Below are positions 10,730 to 24,042 of a stretch of DNA of 64,000 bases, piece after piece (the stretch's first letter is position 1; every line of letters begins with the position of its first letter). Below the pieces are notes generated by a model, which searched no databases, was not told the origin of the DNA, and saw only the letters and a program-made list of their open reading frames with translations. Source of the stretch: Chiloscyllium plagiosum (lineage: Eukaryota); assembly GCF_004010195.1 (NCBI RefSeq), contig NC_057758.1, positions 5,765,997 through 5,829,996 on the forward strand, written 5' to 3'. Both the position numbers and the translations under genes were made by a program.

Positions 10730-13700
10730 CATTTACAAGAAGTCAGTTGGAATGACAACCTTAACTGAAGTGATCAGACATGATTGAAATGTCATTATGG
10801 AGTTATGGGTCAGAATGACAATGGCTGGGAGGTGAACATTCAAGGGTTGTCAGGATTTCGAGTCATTTTTGGGTCGAACTAAGAAGCCGCAAGGGGCAGC
10901 AACCATGAGCAAGAATTCGTTTCTGCACACCAGAGCGTGATAGTAATGTAAATATGGTTACAGTCAGGAAACTGAATGTGCTTGCAACAAGGGGAGTACA
11001 GTTACTGTGTGTGACAGTAGTCTCCGTCTAGACTGGATAAATATTGAATATCGGGAGTTCATGGATAGAAACCTGGATGGTGGAAGAGATGGTTTTCTGC
11101 AATAACATGTCAAGGAACAATCAAGGGAGTGGCCTATTCATGATGAAATGTTGTGTAATGAGAAATATCAAATTGTCTGATTGCAATGCTGCTTTGTGAG
11201 CCGAAAAATCACAATATTATGTCATTGTTTGAGTTAAAAAGTGATTTAGTTCAGCCAAAGAGATGGAGAAGTGGAATTACACCATTTGGCCCATCGAGTA
11301 TGTTCCGCCATTCAACGAGATCATGGCTGATCTGGTAATCCCAAATGTAATTTCCTGCCTCCATGTTCCAGATTCGCACACAACGGAAACTAAACGAAGT
11401 GGCAAAGATAAATATTGAGGGTAAGGTTATGTATGTTGCAGACATGGACTTTACTAAAGAATTTGCTAATATTAGCTTGGCCTAGAAAATCAAATCACAA
11501 TCCATGCTATCCACGAGGATTGGCAAATTGGAGGCAATATTTTCCTGTTAATAGCATACAGAGGGATCTGAAGGATTTCTGATTGGAGCTCTGTGGCCAG
11601 TGGTGCTTCAGAAGGATCAATTCTGCGAATTCCGTTTGACATTTACGTCAATAATAAAGATGTATATGTCAGCGGCCTGATTAGTAATCTTACAGACCAC
11701 GTTTCGAAAGGTATATAGTGATTAGGAATAGTTAGGGGAATTGTGAATAATAGGGAAGAATGTTAAAAGGTTCAGCAGAATATCGATCAACTGGATAGAC
11801 TTAATAGAGACATGCAAGGTAATCAGAGGATTAGACAGTTTTGACAGTGAGAAGCTTTTTCCTCGGATGGTGATGGCGAGCACAAGCTTTAATTTGCGGA
11901 GTGATACATACAGCACAGATGTCAGAGGTAGTTTCTNNNNNNNNNNNNNNNNNNNNNNNNNNNNNNNNNNNNNNNNNNNNNNNNNNNNNNNNNNNNNNNN
12001 NNNNNNNNNNNNNNNNNNNNNNNNNNNNNNNNNNNNNNNNNNNNNNNNNNNNNNNNNNNNNNNNNNNNNNNNNNNNNNNNNNNNNNNNNNNNNNNNGTGC
12101 AAATGTCAAATACGAGGTTGCCTCGGTTTCAGATGAGAGTGAGAATTTCAAGTGAGATTAATGAGGCAAGATTTATATTTCCAGTATGGGTAGAATCTGC
12201 TCAGAAGGTGGTCGAAGCGGAAATGTGAGAAACGTTTTGAAGTGGCATTTAGACATAAACATGAACAGGCAGAGCATAGAGGGGTATGGACCATGTAGAG
12301 ACAGATGGTGTTATTTAGAATAACATCATGGTCAGCACAGGCATGGTATGCTGAAAGGCCTGTTGCTATGCTGTGCTGTTCTGTTTTCTAACTTCCCAGC
12401 CTCCACCCTATCAAAGCTCCTCAGATTCTTGAACGTTTCATAAAATTTCTCCCCCATTTTGCAAACATACGGTGGGTTCGAGTTCAGTCTACTTCACCTC
12501 TTCACATTATAAAAGAATTCCATTCCCAACATTAGCTGCATGAGGCTTCTTTGGCCTGCCTCCAATTCAAGGATACCTTTCCTTCGGGCATTCCGACTGT
12601 TCATAATATTCGAAGTGCGATCTGACTCGCACATCGCATAGTTTTAGCATGACGTCTCAATATTAGACTGCATTCTCTTTTTCATAAATGCAAACATTTG
12701 ATGTATCATCTCTAATACCTGCTGACAGTGTAAACTACCATTTTCAGATTGATACACAAGAAATCCCACAACACTTTGTGCAATCAGTCTGAAAGCAAAC
12801 GGTGTCAGCCTGGGTGTATGTTGGGAACATGCTGGAAGGCATTGTAAAGGAGTTGGCAATAAACAATAACTGGACACTGGCAAACAACGGAAGATGCATG
12901 ATTTTATAATAGGCGAATATTTTTAAATCTGTTTGATTTTATATTTTCGTGCGAGGATAAATTTCAGAACAGATAAGGGTGGGGGAGGAGAGTGGTGGTA
13001 GGGAGATATTTGAAGGTACAGAAGCATTTTGACATATTTCAACAAGGCAGGGTCCGTGAAACAGGAGAAGCAGGGCTTTTGCCTTAAACGTCTATTTTTC
13101 TGTTCCTCGGTTACTGCCGGACCTGCTGTGTTTTTCCAGCACTACTCTCACCTTAACTCTAATCTCCAGAATCTGCAGTACCCACTTCTGTGATGTTTAA
13201 ACAAGGGACTAATGATTATCGAGGGAGGGAATAATAACTGCGACTAATACTGAGTGAACAATTCACTCAGTGGAATAATGCAGGAGTTTCTGGGAGTTAT
13301 TTAGTACACACAGAAGAGATTCATCCCCAGGCAAAAGAAGCCTGGTACAAGGAGTAACAGGCAACCAAATCTGACTTGGGAAAATAGGGATAACATAAAA
13401 CGAAAGACAAAGCATATAAAATAGCGAACAACAGTGGAAAACGAGAGGATTGGGAAGTTTAGCAAGACCAACAGAGGGCAACATAAAAAGAACTAAGGAG
13501 AGTAAGATAGCAAGTAATATCAAGGAAGACTGTAAGAATTTCTTTAGCTGTATAAAATACAAAAGAGAGACAAAGGGAGAAATAGGGCCTTTGGAAAATG
13601 ACGCTGGTGATATAGTAGTGGGGAACAAGCAAATGGCTGATGAACTGAATAATTACTTTGCAAAAGTCTCCACGGTAAAAGACACTAGTAATTTCGCAAA

Positions 13701-14970
13701 AAGTTCAAGATTGTGAGATACAGCGCTGAGTATCATCAAGATGAAGTTGCTGGAAAAGCTGATTCGCCTGAAGTTGGAAAATTCTCCGAGACCAGATGGA
13801 CTACACACCGACTGCTCAGGGAGACAGCTGAGATGATAGTGGAGGCGTTAGTGATAATCTTTCAGGAATCAATAGAATCATGGACGATCCCAGAGAACAA
13901 GGAAACATCTAACATAACACCACTGTTTAAAAGGAGTGTACAGCAGTAGGCGGAAAATAACAGTCATGGGTAAGACGCTGGAATCCATCATGAAGTATCA
14001 GATTTCTGAACACTTGGAAGTATATGGTAAAATAGGACAGAGTAAGCATCGTTTGACCAATATATGCCATGCCTGAAATATCTGTAGGAATTTATTGAGG
14101 AAGTGATGAGCAAACTAGACGAAAGAGAACCAATGGATTTGAGTATGATAAAGGCCTGTGATGTTAGAGGAAAGGTTACAGCATGGGTGGACGTTTGGCT
14201 GTCTGGCAGAAAACAAAGTGTGAGGATTAAAGGGTCCTTCTTGGACTGGAAGCTGGTGAAAAGCATTGTTCCTCAAGGCTCAGTGTTGGGGCCACAAGAT
14301 TTCATTAACGATCTAGACGAAGGAACTGAGGTTTCTTTAGCGAAGATTACATATAACATGAATGTTGGTAGAGGTACAACTGGTATTGAGGATTGCGGAA
14401 CTGGCAGAAGTGTTTGGACAGGATAGGAGATTGGGCAATGAAGTGGCACATGACGTATATTAAGGGAAAGAGTGAGGTCATGTATCTTGGTGGAAGAATC
14501 GAGGCATAGACTTTATGTAATTGAGGAGGAATTTCAGAAGTCTGAAGTGCAAAGACTTTGGAGATCTGTTCCAGACGCTCTAAAGTTAAACTTGCAGGTT
14601 GAGTCAGGAGTTAGGAAGGTAAATGCAATAATGGCATTTATTTCAGAAGGACTTGAACACAAAACAGGGATATACTTCTGAGGCTCTGTCGGGCAAGGCA
14701 GGCCACATTTGGAGTATCAAGTCCAGTTTTGGGCACCACATCTCTGGAAAGTCATATTCGCCTTGAACTGTGTTCAGACGAGATGCACAATACTGATCCC
14801 AGAATTGAACAGCTTAACTTGTGTGGAACATTTGAGGACTCTGCGTCGAACTCGATGGAGTTGAGAAGGATGAGGAGTGATCCAGTTGAAACTTACCGAA
14901 TGCTGAATAGCATGAACAGACGTTGGGAAGATGTCTCCATTGTTTGGAGACACTTGGACCGGAGGGTACA
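10730..14970. mobile_element. Patchwork of decayed CR1 fragments (mostly +; - strand pieces near 11250-11360 and 12390-12780) with a Penelope terminus at ~13070-13190
   Basis: ORFs 13450-14426 give CR1 RT motifs ([20 protein letters not shown]); CR1 3' UTR near 12250-12390. Confidence 0.75.
11937..12096. other. Assembly gap (160 N)
   Basis: Run of n. Confidence 1.
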
Positions 14971-15470
14971 NNNNNNNNNNNNNNNNNNNNNNNNNNNNNN
15001 NNNNNNNNNNNNNNNNNNNNNNNNNNNNNNNNNNNNNNNNNNNNNNNNNNNNNNNNNNNNNNNNNNNNNNNNNNNNNNNNNNNNNNNNNNNNNNNNNNNN
15101 NNNNNNNNNNNNNNNNNNNNNNNNNNNNNNNNNNNNNNNNNNNNNNNNNNNNNNNNNNNNNNNNNNNNNNNNNNNNNNNNNNNNNNNNNNNNNNNNNNNN
15201 NNNNNNNNNNNNNNNNNNNNNNNNNNNNNNNNNNNNNNNNNNNNNNNNNNNNNNNNNNNNNNNNNNNNNNNNNNNNNNNNNNNNNNNNNNNNNNNNNNNN
15301 NNNNNNNNNNNNNNNNNNNNNNNNNNNNNNNNNNNNNNNNNNNNNNNNNNNNNNNNNNNNNNNNNNNNNNNNNNNNNNNNNNNNNNNNNNNNNNNNNNNN
15401 NNNNNNNNNNNNNNNNNNNNNNNNNNNNNNNNNNNNNNNNNNNNNNNNNNNNNNNNNNNNNNNNNNNNNN
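14971..15470. other. Assembly gap (exactly 500 N; probably a placeholder size)
   Basis: Run of n. Confidence 1.
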
Positions 15471-15769
15471 ACTAAATATCTGAAGGAATGGGAGCTCTGA
15501 AAGCTTGCGGTTTCACATAAAGCTGTTGTGCGAGAACAGGTTTCTTTTGATTTTTGACTTTCCCCTGAATAAGCAACAAAGGCTGTGTTGCCGAAAATTA
15601 AATAAGTGTTGGAATGTGAGGCAGCCAATAAAAGGAGTAAAATTGATTTTTTTAAACTGATCCATTAATGTTATTAGAAGATTATCCACATTTCAAGTAT
15701 TGCATTGGAAGCCTTTGTTCGGCAGGAGAAACATTTTTCATTTTCTGGAAATGATTGATGTGCTTCGTC

Positions 15770-18590
15770 AAACGCACTGAAAACTTCCTCTCAGCATCAC
15801 AATATTTTTAAAAATCCTACAGATATTAGGGCAAGGCACAGGATTATTTGTATTGTATAGTATTTTATGTCAATAAAGCTGCGACTATTACATTATATGA
15901 AGTGCAATCGATTGGTCAAAATTTGGTGGCAGAGTTTGAGATTTGAGCAAGGGTTTGGGAAGTCCAAACGGATAAAATGAGTCAGATGATTGCAGTTGCT
16001 CTCGCTCAAACAACTCAGTCCCAGGTTCTGACAACAGGAAGTCCTCGGGATAATGAGACAAAATGCATTTCACGCTTTATGAACGAACGTCACTCCGCCA
16101 AAGTGGGGATCGTTCCATCTCGCTTCACAACGGGATAGCCAAAGCAGATTAGTTTATGATGAAAAAGTTAATAATAAAGAACAATACTGGTCGAGGGGAG
16201 GCCCTTCGCTCCATCTATTCCGAACTCATATTTCCCCTCATAATATTTCTTTTTTTTTCCCCTTTAGTCTCTGGGTGGCTCTCAGCCTGGCCTCCTCGTG
16301 TCTCATGGCGTATCCCAGCCGGGTTTCCCGCGGTTCATGGCTGTTCCCAGCTTTGTCTCTCAGCAGCTCATGGCGTGTCCCACTCTTTTCTCCCAGCAGG
16401 TCATGACCTGCCCAAACCTGGTCTCTCAGCACTCATGGCGGTCCCACATTGTACTTTGAGCAGCTCATGACGGGTCCCAACCTGTTCTTTCAGCAGCTCA
16501 TGCCGACCCCAGCCTGGTCTCTCAGCAGCTCATGGCGGGTCCCACCCGGTTCTTTCAGCAGCTCATGGCGGTCCAACTCTGTTCTCTCAGCAGTTGATGG
16601 TGGGTCCCAACCTCTTCTCTCTGCAGCTCATGGTGGTCCAAGCCAGTTCTCTCAGCAGCTCATTACAGCCCCGCCCTATTCTCTCTGTAGCTCATGGCGT
16701 GTCCCACTTTGGTCTCTCAGCAGCTCATAGCAATGCCAGCCCGATCTCACTGCAACTCACGGCTAGTCCTGATCTAGTCTCTGAGGAGCTAAAGGCCATC
16801 CCAGCCTGTTCGCACAGCAGGTCATGGCTGTCCCTGCCCGGTTACTCAGCGGTTCATTGGGATCATAGATTGGTCTCTCAGCTGCTCATCACGTACCCAG
16901 CCTGATCTCTCACCAGTTCATGGATGACGCGGCCTGTTCTTGCAGCATCTCATGTTTGCTCAGAACTTGTTCCCTCGACGGCTAATTGTGGCTCACGTGC
17001 TGGTCTACAGTGGCTCATGGTGTGTTTCAGCCTGATCTTTCAGGGGTTTAAATCAGGAGCTCAGCTGCAGTTTCGGCACCAGCAATGGTATGTGTTGGGG
17101 CGTAGTCGAGAACACACAGCAGAGCAAGGTGAGTGGAGGAGTCATCAAAGACGGTGATACTTTTAACTCATTCCTTGATCATCCTAGTTCAAAATACTAA
17201 ATTTTGAAGGCAAACTATTCACGATTTATTCATTTTTCGAATATTCTATGAAGTTATTCTGAATTTTTTAACTCTTGCTTCGGTCACTACTTTGTCCTTA
17301 AGGTTTTAATTGTGTAATCGTACTTGGTGCCTAAGATGGCGTAAAGTTAGTCAATTTTTACTCTTCTCCGAACTGCTATACATAACTAATCAGCACCAAT
17401 AAGATACATTTCAACAATAAATGTGACATGACCGTGCAAGATTGAACAAGTGGCTTAAATTTTGACAGCGTTACAGCGTTGAAAATTAGTGCAGCACACA
17501 CAGATCACGATCGTCCTGTTCCAAAAGCTTTTGTAAAGAAACCGAATACAGACCTGATGTCATGGAGCCAAAGGGCATCGAGGCAAGCACGAAAGTGGAT
17601 TTGTCACACCAGCCAGATCATCCATGGTCTTATCAAATTATGGAACTGCTGTGGTGAGCTGGACAACTTATATCGGATGTTTCCCTCAATCAGTTGCACT
17701 TTAGAATGAGTAGTTTCACAATGTCAAGAGATACTTTTAACCTAATATTTCCCGGTTAGTTATTGTGAAAATCAAGCACTCTTCATTCCAAATATCCAAC
17801 TATACACACGCTATGGAGTGAGAGGTTGTTGAGGTCGCTGGAACTGTGGCTTTGAGATTATAATTCGATCAGCTATGATTTTGTGGAATGAAAGTGCAAA
17901 TTGGAATTACATAGTTTTCACATTTCTCAACTCCATTTGTTTGCAAAGGATTTTATCTTATTTCATTCTTACACTGGTCTAGTTCTTTTCAATTTTTTAA
18001 TGAATTCAATGCTCCCGTCTTTTCACACGAAACTTTCACCATTTGTGACCAAGTTATGTTTTCCCTCATCTCCCTGCTAATATTTGTTTTTTTTTTAAAC
18101 TATAGTGCATTTTCTGACGACAGTAAGCACGGAGTCACTCCTCTACACGAAGTGCAATCGAATTTCCTGGTTTCAGCTGTGTAGTCGCTTGGCCAGGGCA
18201 CCATTTTAAAGCCAAGTTCAGTAGTGACAATGCCTATGTGAAAGAAAGAAAGTTGTGAGATCAAATCAAAATCGAATTGGAGCGAAAAATAAAGCAGTGC
18301 TCATCCCGCTGTGTTTACCTCTCCTAAAAGGCATTGTTGAACAATGCATCCTACCTGTTAAAAGACAATTTCTCCCGACCTTTATCAATGACTTAAAAAA
18401 AAGGCTTGACTGCTGTCATTCGGAGACAATTATTCGCTATTTAACTGGTTTAAAGTTCGGATGATTTTTAACCTCTCATTATGGGGTCTGGGAATATGGA
18501 TATTCATGTTACAGAAACCTTATATTCTGAAACAACAACAGTAATTAATGCATGCCGAACACAAATAAGATGCAGAGCAAAACACTGAGA
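15770..18590 (+). repeat. Paralogous block copy 1 (old, divergent)
   Basis: Collinear shared words with 28530-31100: GCACTGA, CAAAGTGGGGA, AATAAATGTGACATG, CCATG..TTAT..GGAACTG..GGACAAC, AAAGTTCGGATGA, CAAATAAGATGCAGAGCAAA. Confidence 0.8.
16270..17080 (+). repeat. 33-bp GC-rich minisatellite (~24 degenerate copies; approx. TGGTCTCTCAGCAGCTCATGGCGGGTCCCAGCC)
   Basis: CAGCAGCTCA-like core at 16361, 16394, 16427, 16458, 16491, 16523 and 16556. Confidence 0.92.
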
Positions 18591-18609
18591 GTTAGCATCT
18601 GTTATCACC

Positions 18610-20230
18610 CTGCCCATATGCCTCCAAATATTTCTTGATCATATGCCCATTCAGATGCGGCTAAAATGTTACGATTTTACTAGCCTCCACCACTCCCTCT
18701 GGCAGCCCATTCTACAAATGCTCCAACATCTGTGTGAAAAGATTACCCCGAAGGTCTCTATTATACCTTTTCCCTCTCACCCTAAATCTATGCCCACTAG
18801 TTCCTGGAACGGACCACGCCAGGGAAAAGACGTCTATAATGTCACCGCCAGCCTCTGACACTTCTGGGAAAACACCCACAGCCTATTCAATGTCTCCCTA
18901 TTGCTCAAATCCTCCAATCCTGGCAACATCATTGTCAATATTTTTTGAAACATTTCAAGTTTCTCAACATCCTTCCGATAGAAAGGAGACCGGAATTGCA
19001 CTCAATATTGCAAAAGTAGCCGAACCAATGTCCTGTGTAGCCGCAACATGACCTTCCAACCCTTCTACTCAACTGTCTGACCAAAAAAGTCATACGTACC
19101 AAATACCATCTTCACAGTCCTATCTCTGTGCGACTTTAATTTGAATGAGGTATGAACCTGCACTCCAAGGTCTCTTTCTCCAGAAACACTCCCTCAGACC
19201 TTCCCATTACGAGTAAAAGTCCCGCTCAGATTTGCTTTCCCAAAATGCAGCACCTCACTTTTATCGAAATTGAAATTCATCTTCCACTCCTCAGCCCAAT
19301 GGCTCATCTGATTAAAATCTCGTTGAAGTCCAAGGTAACCTTCTTCGGTGTTCACTTCACCTCCATTTCTCGTGTTATCTGAAAACCTACTAACTAAACC
19401 TCTTAAGCTCACACACAAATTATTTATATGAATGACGAAAAGTAATGGACCGAGCATTAATCTTTGTGGCACTCCACTGGTCACAGGCCTCCATTCTGAA
19501 AACCCACCGGCCGTCACCACACTCGATCCTCTACTTTTGAACCAGTTCTGTGTAAAAATGGCAAGTTCGCACTGTATTTCATTTTATATAACTTGCTAAC
19601 CAGTCTCCCATGGGAAACCTTGTCGAATGCCTTACTGAAGTCCATATAGATCACGTCTACCGCTCTGCTCTTATTAATCATCTTTGTTACCTCTTCAAAT
19701 AACTCAATCAATTTTGTGAAATATGATTTCCCACGCATCCTACCCATGTTGACTATCCGTATTCAGTTTTTGCCTTTCGAAATGCATGTATATCCTGTCC
19801 CTCAGGATTCTCTTCAACACATTGCGGACCAGTGACGTCAGGCTCACTAGTCTATAGTTCAATGGCTGGTCCGAACAAGCTTTCTGAAAAATGGCCCCAC
19901 GTCAGCCAACCTCCAGTTTTCCATCAACTAACCTGTGACTATCGATGATACAAATTACTCAGTAAGAGTCCAACCAATAACTTTTCTAACTTCCCACCGA
20001 GTTCCGGGGTGCACCTCATCAGCTCCGGGGGATTTATAGTCTGTTATGCTTTTCAAGGCGTCCATATTTGTCAACATGTCAACATCAATTGCCCCATATT
20101 CCATATGTTCAATGTCTTTCTTCGCCGTAAAACGTGATGCAAAATACTCATTTATTTTCTCCCCATCTATTGCAGCTCCACACAAAGGCCACCTTGCTGA
20201 TCTTCGAGGTGTCCTGTTCTTGCACTCGGT
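18610..20230 (-). mobile_element. CR1 LINE 3' half (RT), decayed
   Basis: ORFs 19194-20185: KSPGADEVHP, YMDFSKAFDKV, VTSGVPQ..LGPLLF. Confidence 0.9.
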
Positions 20231-21415
20231 ACCCTTTTGTCCCTTCCTTTTGTACGTTTGTCCTTGTCAAATGTTCCAATCAAATCAAACACACCCAGAA
20301 ACTATTGAAACAAATTAACTTCACAGAAAATGTTCCTCTTCTTTATTCCCATTCGAACTTTTATGGCTGGCACAGCTCAGCATGTCGTATGAAGAAAAGT
20401 TTCTGACAATCTGTCCAAAACCGAAATTCTCCAAATCCAAATGCAGAGCTTGATGACATAAAGTGTAAAACCATGTATACACTGTCCATCAAAAACTCTT
20501 GGCTTTTTTTTCAGAACTGAAAATAAAAACGACAACTGCATAGAGTTATACAGTATGGAAGGGGATCAAATAAACACTCATGTCTATCCAGGCTTCCCAA
20601 TTACCTATCCAGCTAATCCCAATATTCAGTCTTATCTCCATATCCCTGCAGCGTCAATGTGCTGATTACAAATTAAGATCAGTTAATCGAATAATTGCAA
20701 AGGCACATTAGAAACGGGAGGTCTTGGGAGTCAAGTCGGTAAGAGTGGGAAGAAAGGATGAGATTCAGGAAATGTGTCGGAAACATTTGCGATTTCACGC
20801 TGTGTTATAATTAGACTTAATATTGATAAATTCTAAGTGCAGATAGCAAATTTTCTGTAACTGCAAATTGAGAAAAGGTTGTTTGCGAGTAATCTTTTTT
20901 TTATATTTGCATGTGTATCTCTATAAATGCTACAAGGTTTACAGGTAAATGTTTGATTTCTTTATAGCATTCAATTGTCTAATCTAGAACTTCTCCTTGT
21001 GGATACATTTTCACATATGCCTGATTGGATTCCAGTGAAGGGTAGAAGTAACAACAGCAGAAAAACAGTTTGAGTTCAATTTGAAGCAAGGATTATTGTA
21101 CTAATATTGACCGTTGTTACAAATAACAAGACGGATGTGGAACATATCTTGCAAGAGATATTACAATAGTTTCTAAATTAAAATTTCTGTTTTAAGTCTA
21201 CCGTTTCTATTATCAATGAAGCATCTCAAAGGATGTCATTATTCAAATTAATGGCAATTTGATTAAACTTTTAATGGACTGAAGCTAAAGAGATGTCATA
21301 ATTTTGAATGGATCAAAATGTAATTTTGATGGTATGAATGTTTTCAAGCAGTTGGATTTGTATAACGCTTCTAAGATCTTGAAACATCTTAAAATGTGTT
21401 AACATGATTGATGTG

Positions 21416-22018
21416 TGTGATTTTGCTGCACCTTTTACAAGTTTATGTTGTCTTTGTTTATTTTTCCAGGAGGTCTGAAAGAAAGTTTCCGAAATGCCTG
21501 CAGAAATGAACTTGAATAAGCTTTCATATTTAAAGAAAAAAGCGTGTACAACCAAAAGGGAGTCGGCAGTCCCTCCAGCTCAGCTTTACGCTGTTCTGGT
21601 TTGGTTTGATGTCCGCAAGCATTCAGTTGGGCAGCAGCTGGATTCGAAGAAGTAAGTCCATGCTGATCCTTCCTCTCTCTGACATCTCTCCTGTCAGCCC
21701 CTGTGTTTTATTTTACTCTTTACCAAGCGTTGTTCATGCACATTGTTGCAAGTAGTTGGAAATACATCATTAAGTTTGGATAATCTGTTGAGTTTTTGAA
21801 TAGGTTTAGTTATTCTGTATTCTGTTCTCTTTCGTTTGTGTTTCATTCTGTAATCTTGCAAATACATTCCGTTTTGTTTAAGACAGACTGGTTGCACCAA
21901 TTGCATCATCCCTGGAATGTCAACAACTCACCTGCTTACCAGAAGCAAGACAGTTACAATCGGGGTTAATATTTTTGAAATATCTTTTGGGCGGGGGTGT
22001 ATGTCCTCGTTCAAAACA
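21416..22018 (+). mobile_element. Probable solo LTR
   Basis: Begins TGTGA, ends AAAACA; flanks TGTG/CGTG (4-bp TSD with CpG change); homologous in reverse orientation to 26531-27151. Confidence 0.6.
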
Positions 22019-22199
22019 CGTGCCTACATTGCATTCTAATCACCTCCACTAACGTCAGCGGTGCGTCAGGTAAAGTCCACAAAGCAATGTTCCACAACCA
22101 CATATGACCAAATATTAAATAAGATTATTATTTTGATTAATTAATAAATACTTAAGTATTGGATAGAACTGACTTTTTTCAGAACATGATCTTTGGGAG

Positions 22200-23240
22200 A
22201 ATTCTCGTCCATTCACTGATTAAAAAAGAACTACATCTGACCTTCTCTCGACAAACACAGACCCATATGTTGAGTATGATTTGCACAATATTTCAGGATT
22301 ATTCACCACTATTTCAGACAGCTTCAACGGGATGCCACCACCAGAAACATGTTTCCTTCTCTCTTGCCAGCCTTCCGCAGGGAACTTTTCCCTCTGGGAT
22401 ATCCTGGGTCTCTTCCTATCCACCGTCGATCCCACACCCGACAGCGTCATGGCACATTCCCATGTAAACACAGATGGTGTATCACCTGCTGGATTACTTC
22501 GCCCCTCCTCAGTACCTGTGGGCCCGAAAAGAACTTTCCAGATGAAGCACGGATTTATCTGCAATTCACTCAGTATAATTGTATACTTGTTGCTCAATGT
22601 AGTGTGCTCTATATTTCCGAAACTCAGCACAGACTGAGTGACTACTTTGTGAAACCCAAACATTTCTTCCATAGAGCTAAATTCCATAGTTTCCCTTTAC
22701 CTGCCACTTCAAGATTAAGACAGACTTCCCGAGTCAACAGGCTTGCTGCCATGCTTCAGCGAAGTTCAGCGCAAGCTTGAAGAATATGACTTGATTTCCT
22801 GCTTCAGAAATATACAGCATTCTGGGCTCAATATTGAGTTCAACAATTTTAGCCCAAAGGCTTTACCCAAGTTTTCCTCCGCTTGAACAGACCTGCCCTT
22901 ACTATCACACAGTCTACAATTTAGCACAACTCCTTGTTAGACACTATTAGACGCAGTGAGATTTATAAACGTGATTGCTGTTCCCTTTTGTGTCGAGCCA
23001 ACAGGTTTGCTTTCTTCTGGGTTCCATATCTCTGCCTATCGTTTACTCCTAACCTCCTCTCGCTTCTCTGCATTCTACATTTATTTTAAGAAAAATCATT
23101 TTTAAAGATACCATCAGTTCTTTCGAAGGATCACTGGACTCAAAACGTTCAATGAATTCTCTCCGCAGATACTGCCAGACAGGCTGATTCTTTCCAGCAA
23201 CTTCTGTTGTTGTTTCTGCTTTCCAGCTTCAGCAATTCTT
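22200..23240 (+). mobile_element. Penelope-like element 3' fragment, decayed
   Basis: GTFPCKHRWCITC, GPKRTFQMK..FICNS..IVY..C; degenerate terminus ..GGATCACTGGACTCAAAACGTT..CAGATACTGCCAGAC. Confidence 0.7.
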
Positions 23241-23849
23241 TATCGTTGTTTTTCGTTTCCCGAATCGCCCAAATTCTGTACGGTTTTGAATCATTATTGT
23301 GATGTGAGTGTTGCTAACCAAGACACCACTAATTGACTGTCCAGAAAAAAAAAGAATGATTTCAAGCACCACTTTGAAGTCTTTACTCTCAGTAAATTTG
23401 GATTCGAGTATCTGTTCCTGTTGCAGCATTTGTGGAAGTGAAATGCTTATTCAGCAATCCCAGAGGCCCTGCCCTGAGAAGTGTATTACTTGGAAATGAA
23501 GTGGCTTGTGTTTCAGAGTTGATAATGTGATGAGATTCATTCTTTCCAAAGATTTAATGAGCTATGTGCTGTTGTATATAAAAGCTTAATAAGTTAGTAC
23601 AATTACATTCTTGTTTAATGACATGTGTACTGAAAAAGACAGATTAAATATTTGATGCCAGGCCAATGTACTCGCTTAGATCTTCCTGTAACTCGGCATC
23701 GTACTTCTTCCTTCACGTTCACTGCTGCTGGAGAGAGATTGCAGGGAATCCCTGCAGTGTGTTTGTATGGCATTCAGCCAACAGATTGCACATTGACACT
23801 CTGAAGTGCGTCCCATTCAGAGCCGTAGTTAATAGATCGAGGCGGCACA

Positions 23850-24042
23850 CTTCTGAACATTATAGGCAATTGAGCATGGCCAAACCACCGAAGCTGCACA
23901 TCTGGTAGAAACCCAGAGCACCAAGAGGGACCCTTCATAGGCACAGGGGAAATGTTCAAACTCCACACAGACTTTAACACGAGGCTGGAATCAAACCCAG
24001 TTTCTAGCTGCGGTTAGGCAGCAGTGCTAATCACTGAGCCAC
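23850..24042 (-). mobile_element. tRNA-derived SINE (HE1-like)
   Basis: Reverse complement starts GTGGCTCAGTGATTAGCACTGCTGCC (A box) then GGTTTGATTCC (B box). Confidence 0.8.

Noticed and set aside
15479..15510. Another hammerhead (CTGAAGGA..GAAAGCTT)
   Set aside because: Core box and stem II too degenerate to call; probably a decayed Penelope terminus
14729..15628. Long ORFs spanning N runs (also 11722-12155 and 59707-60453)
   Set aside because: Artefacts of translating gaps
16270..17080. CRISPR-like array or repetitive protein gene
   Set aside because: Units are contiguous with no unique spacers, the context is eukaryotic, and the ORFs are broken in all frames
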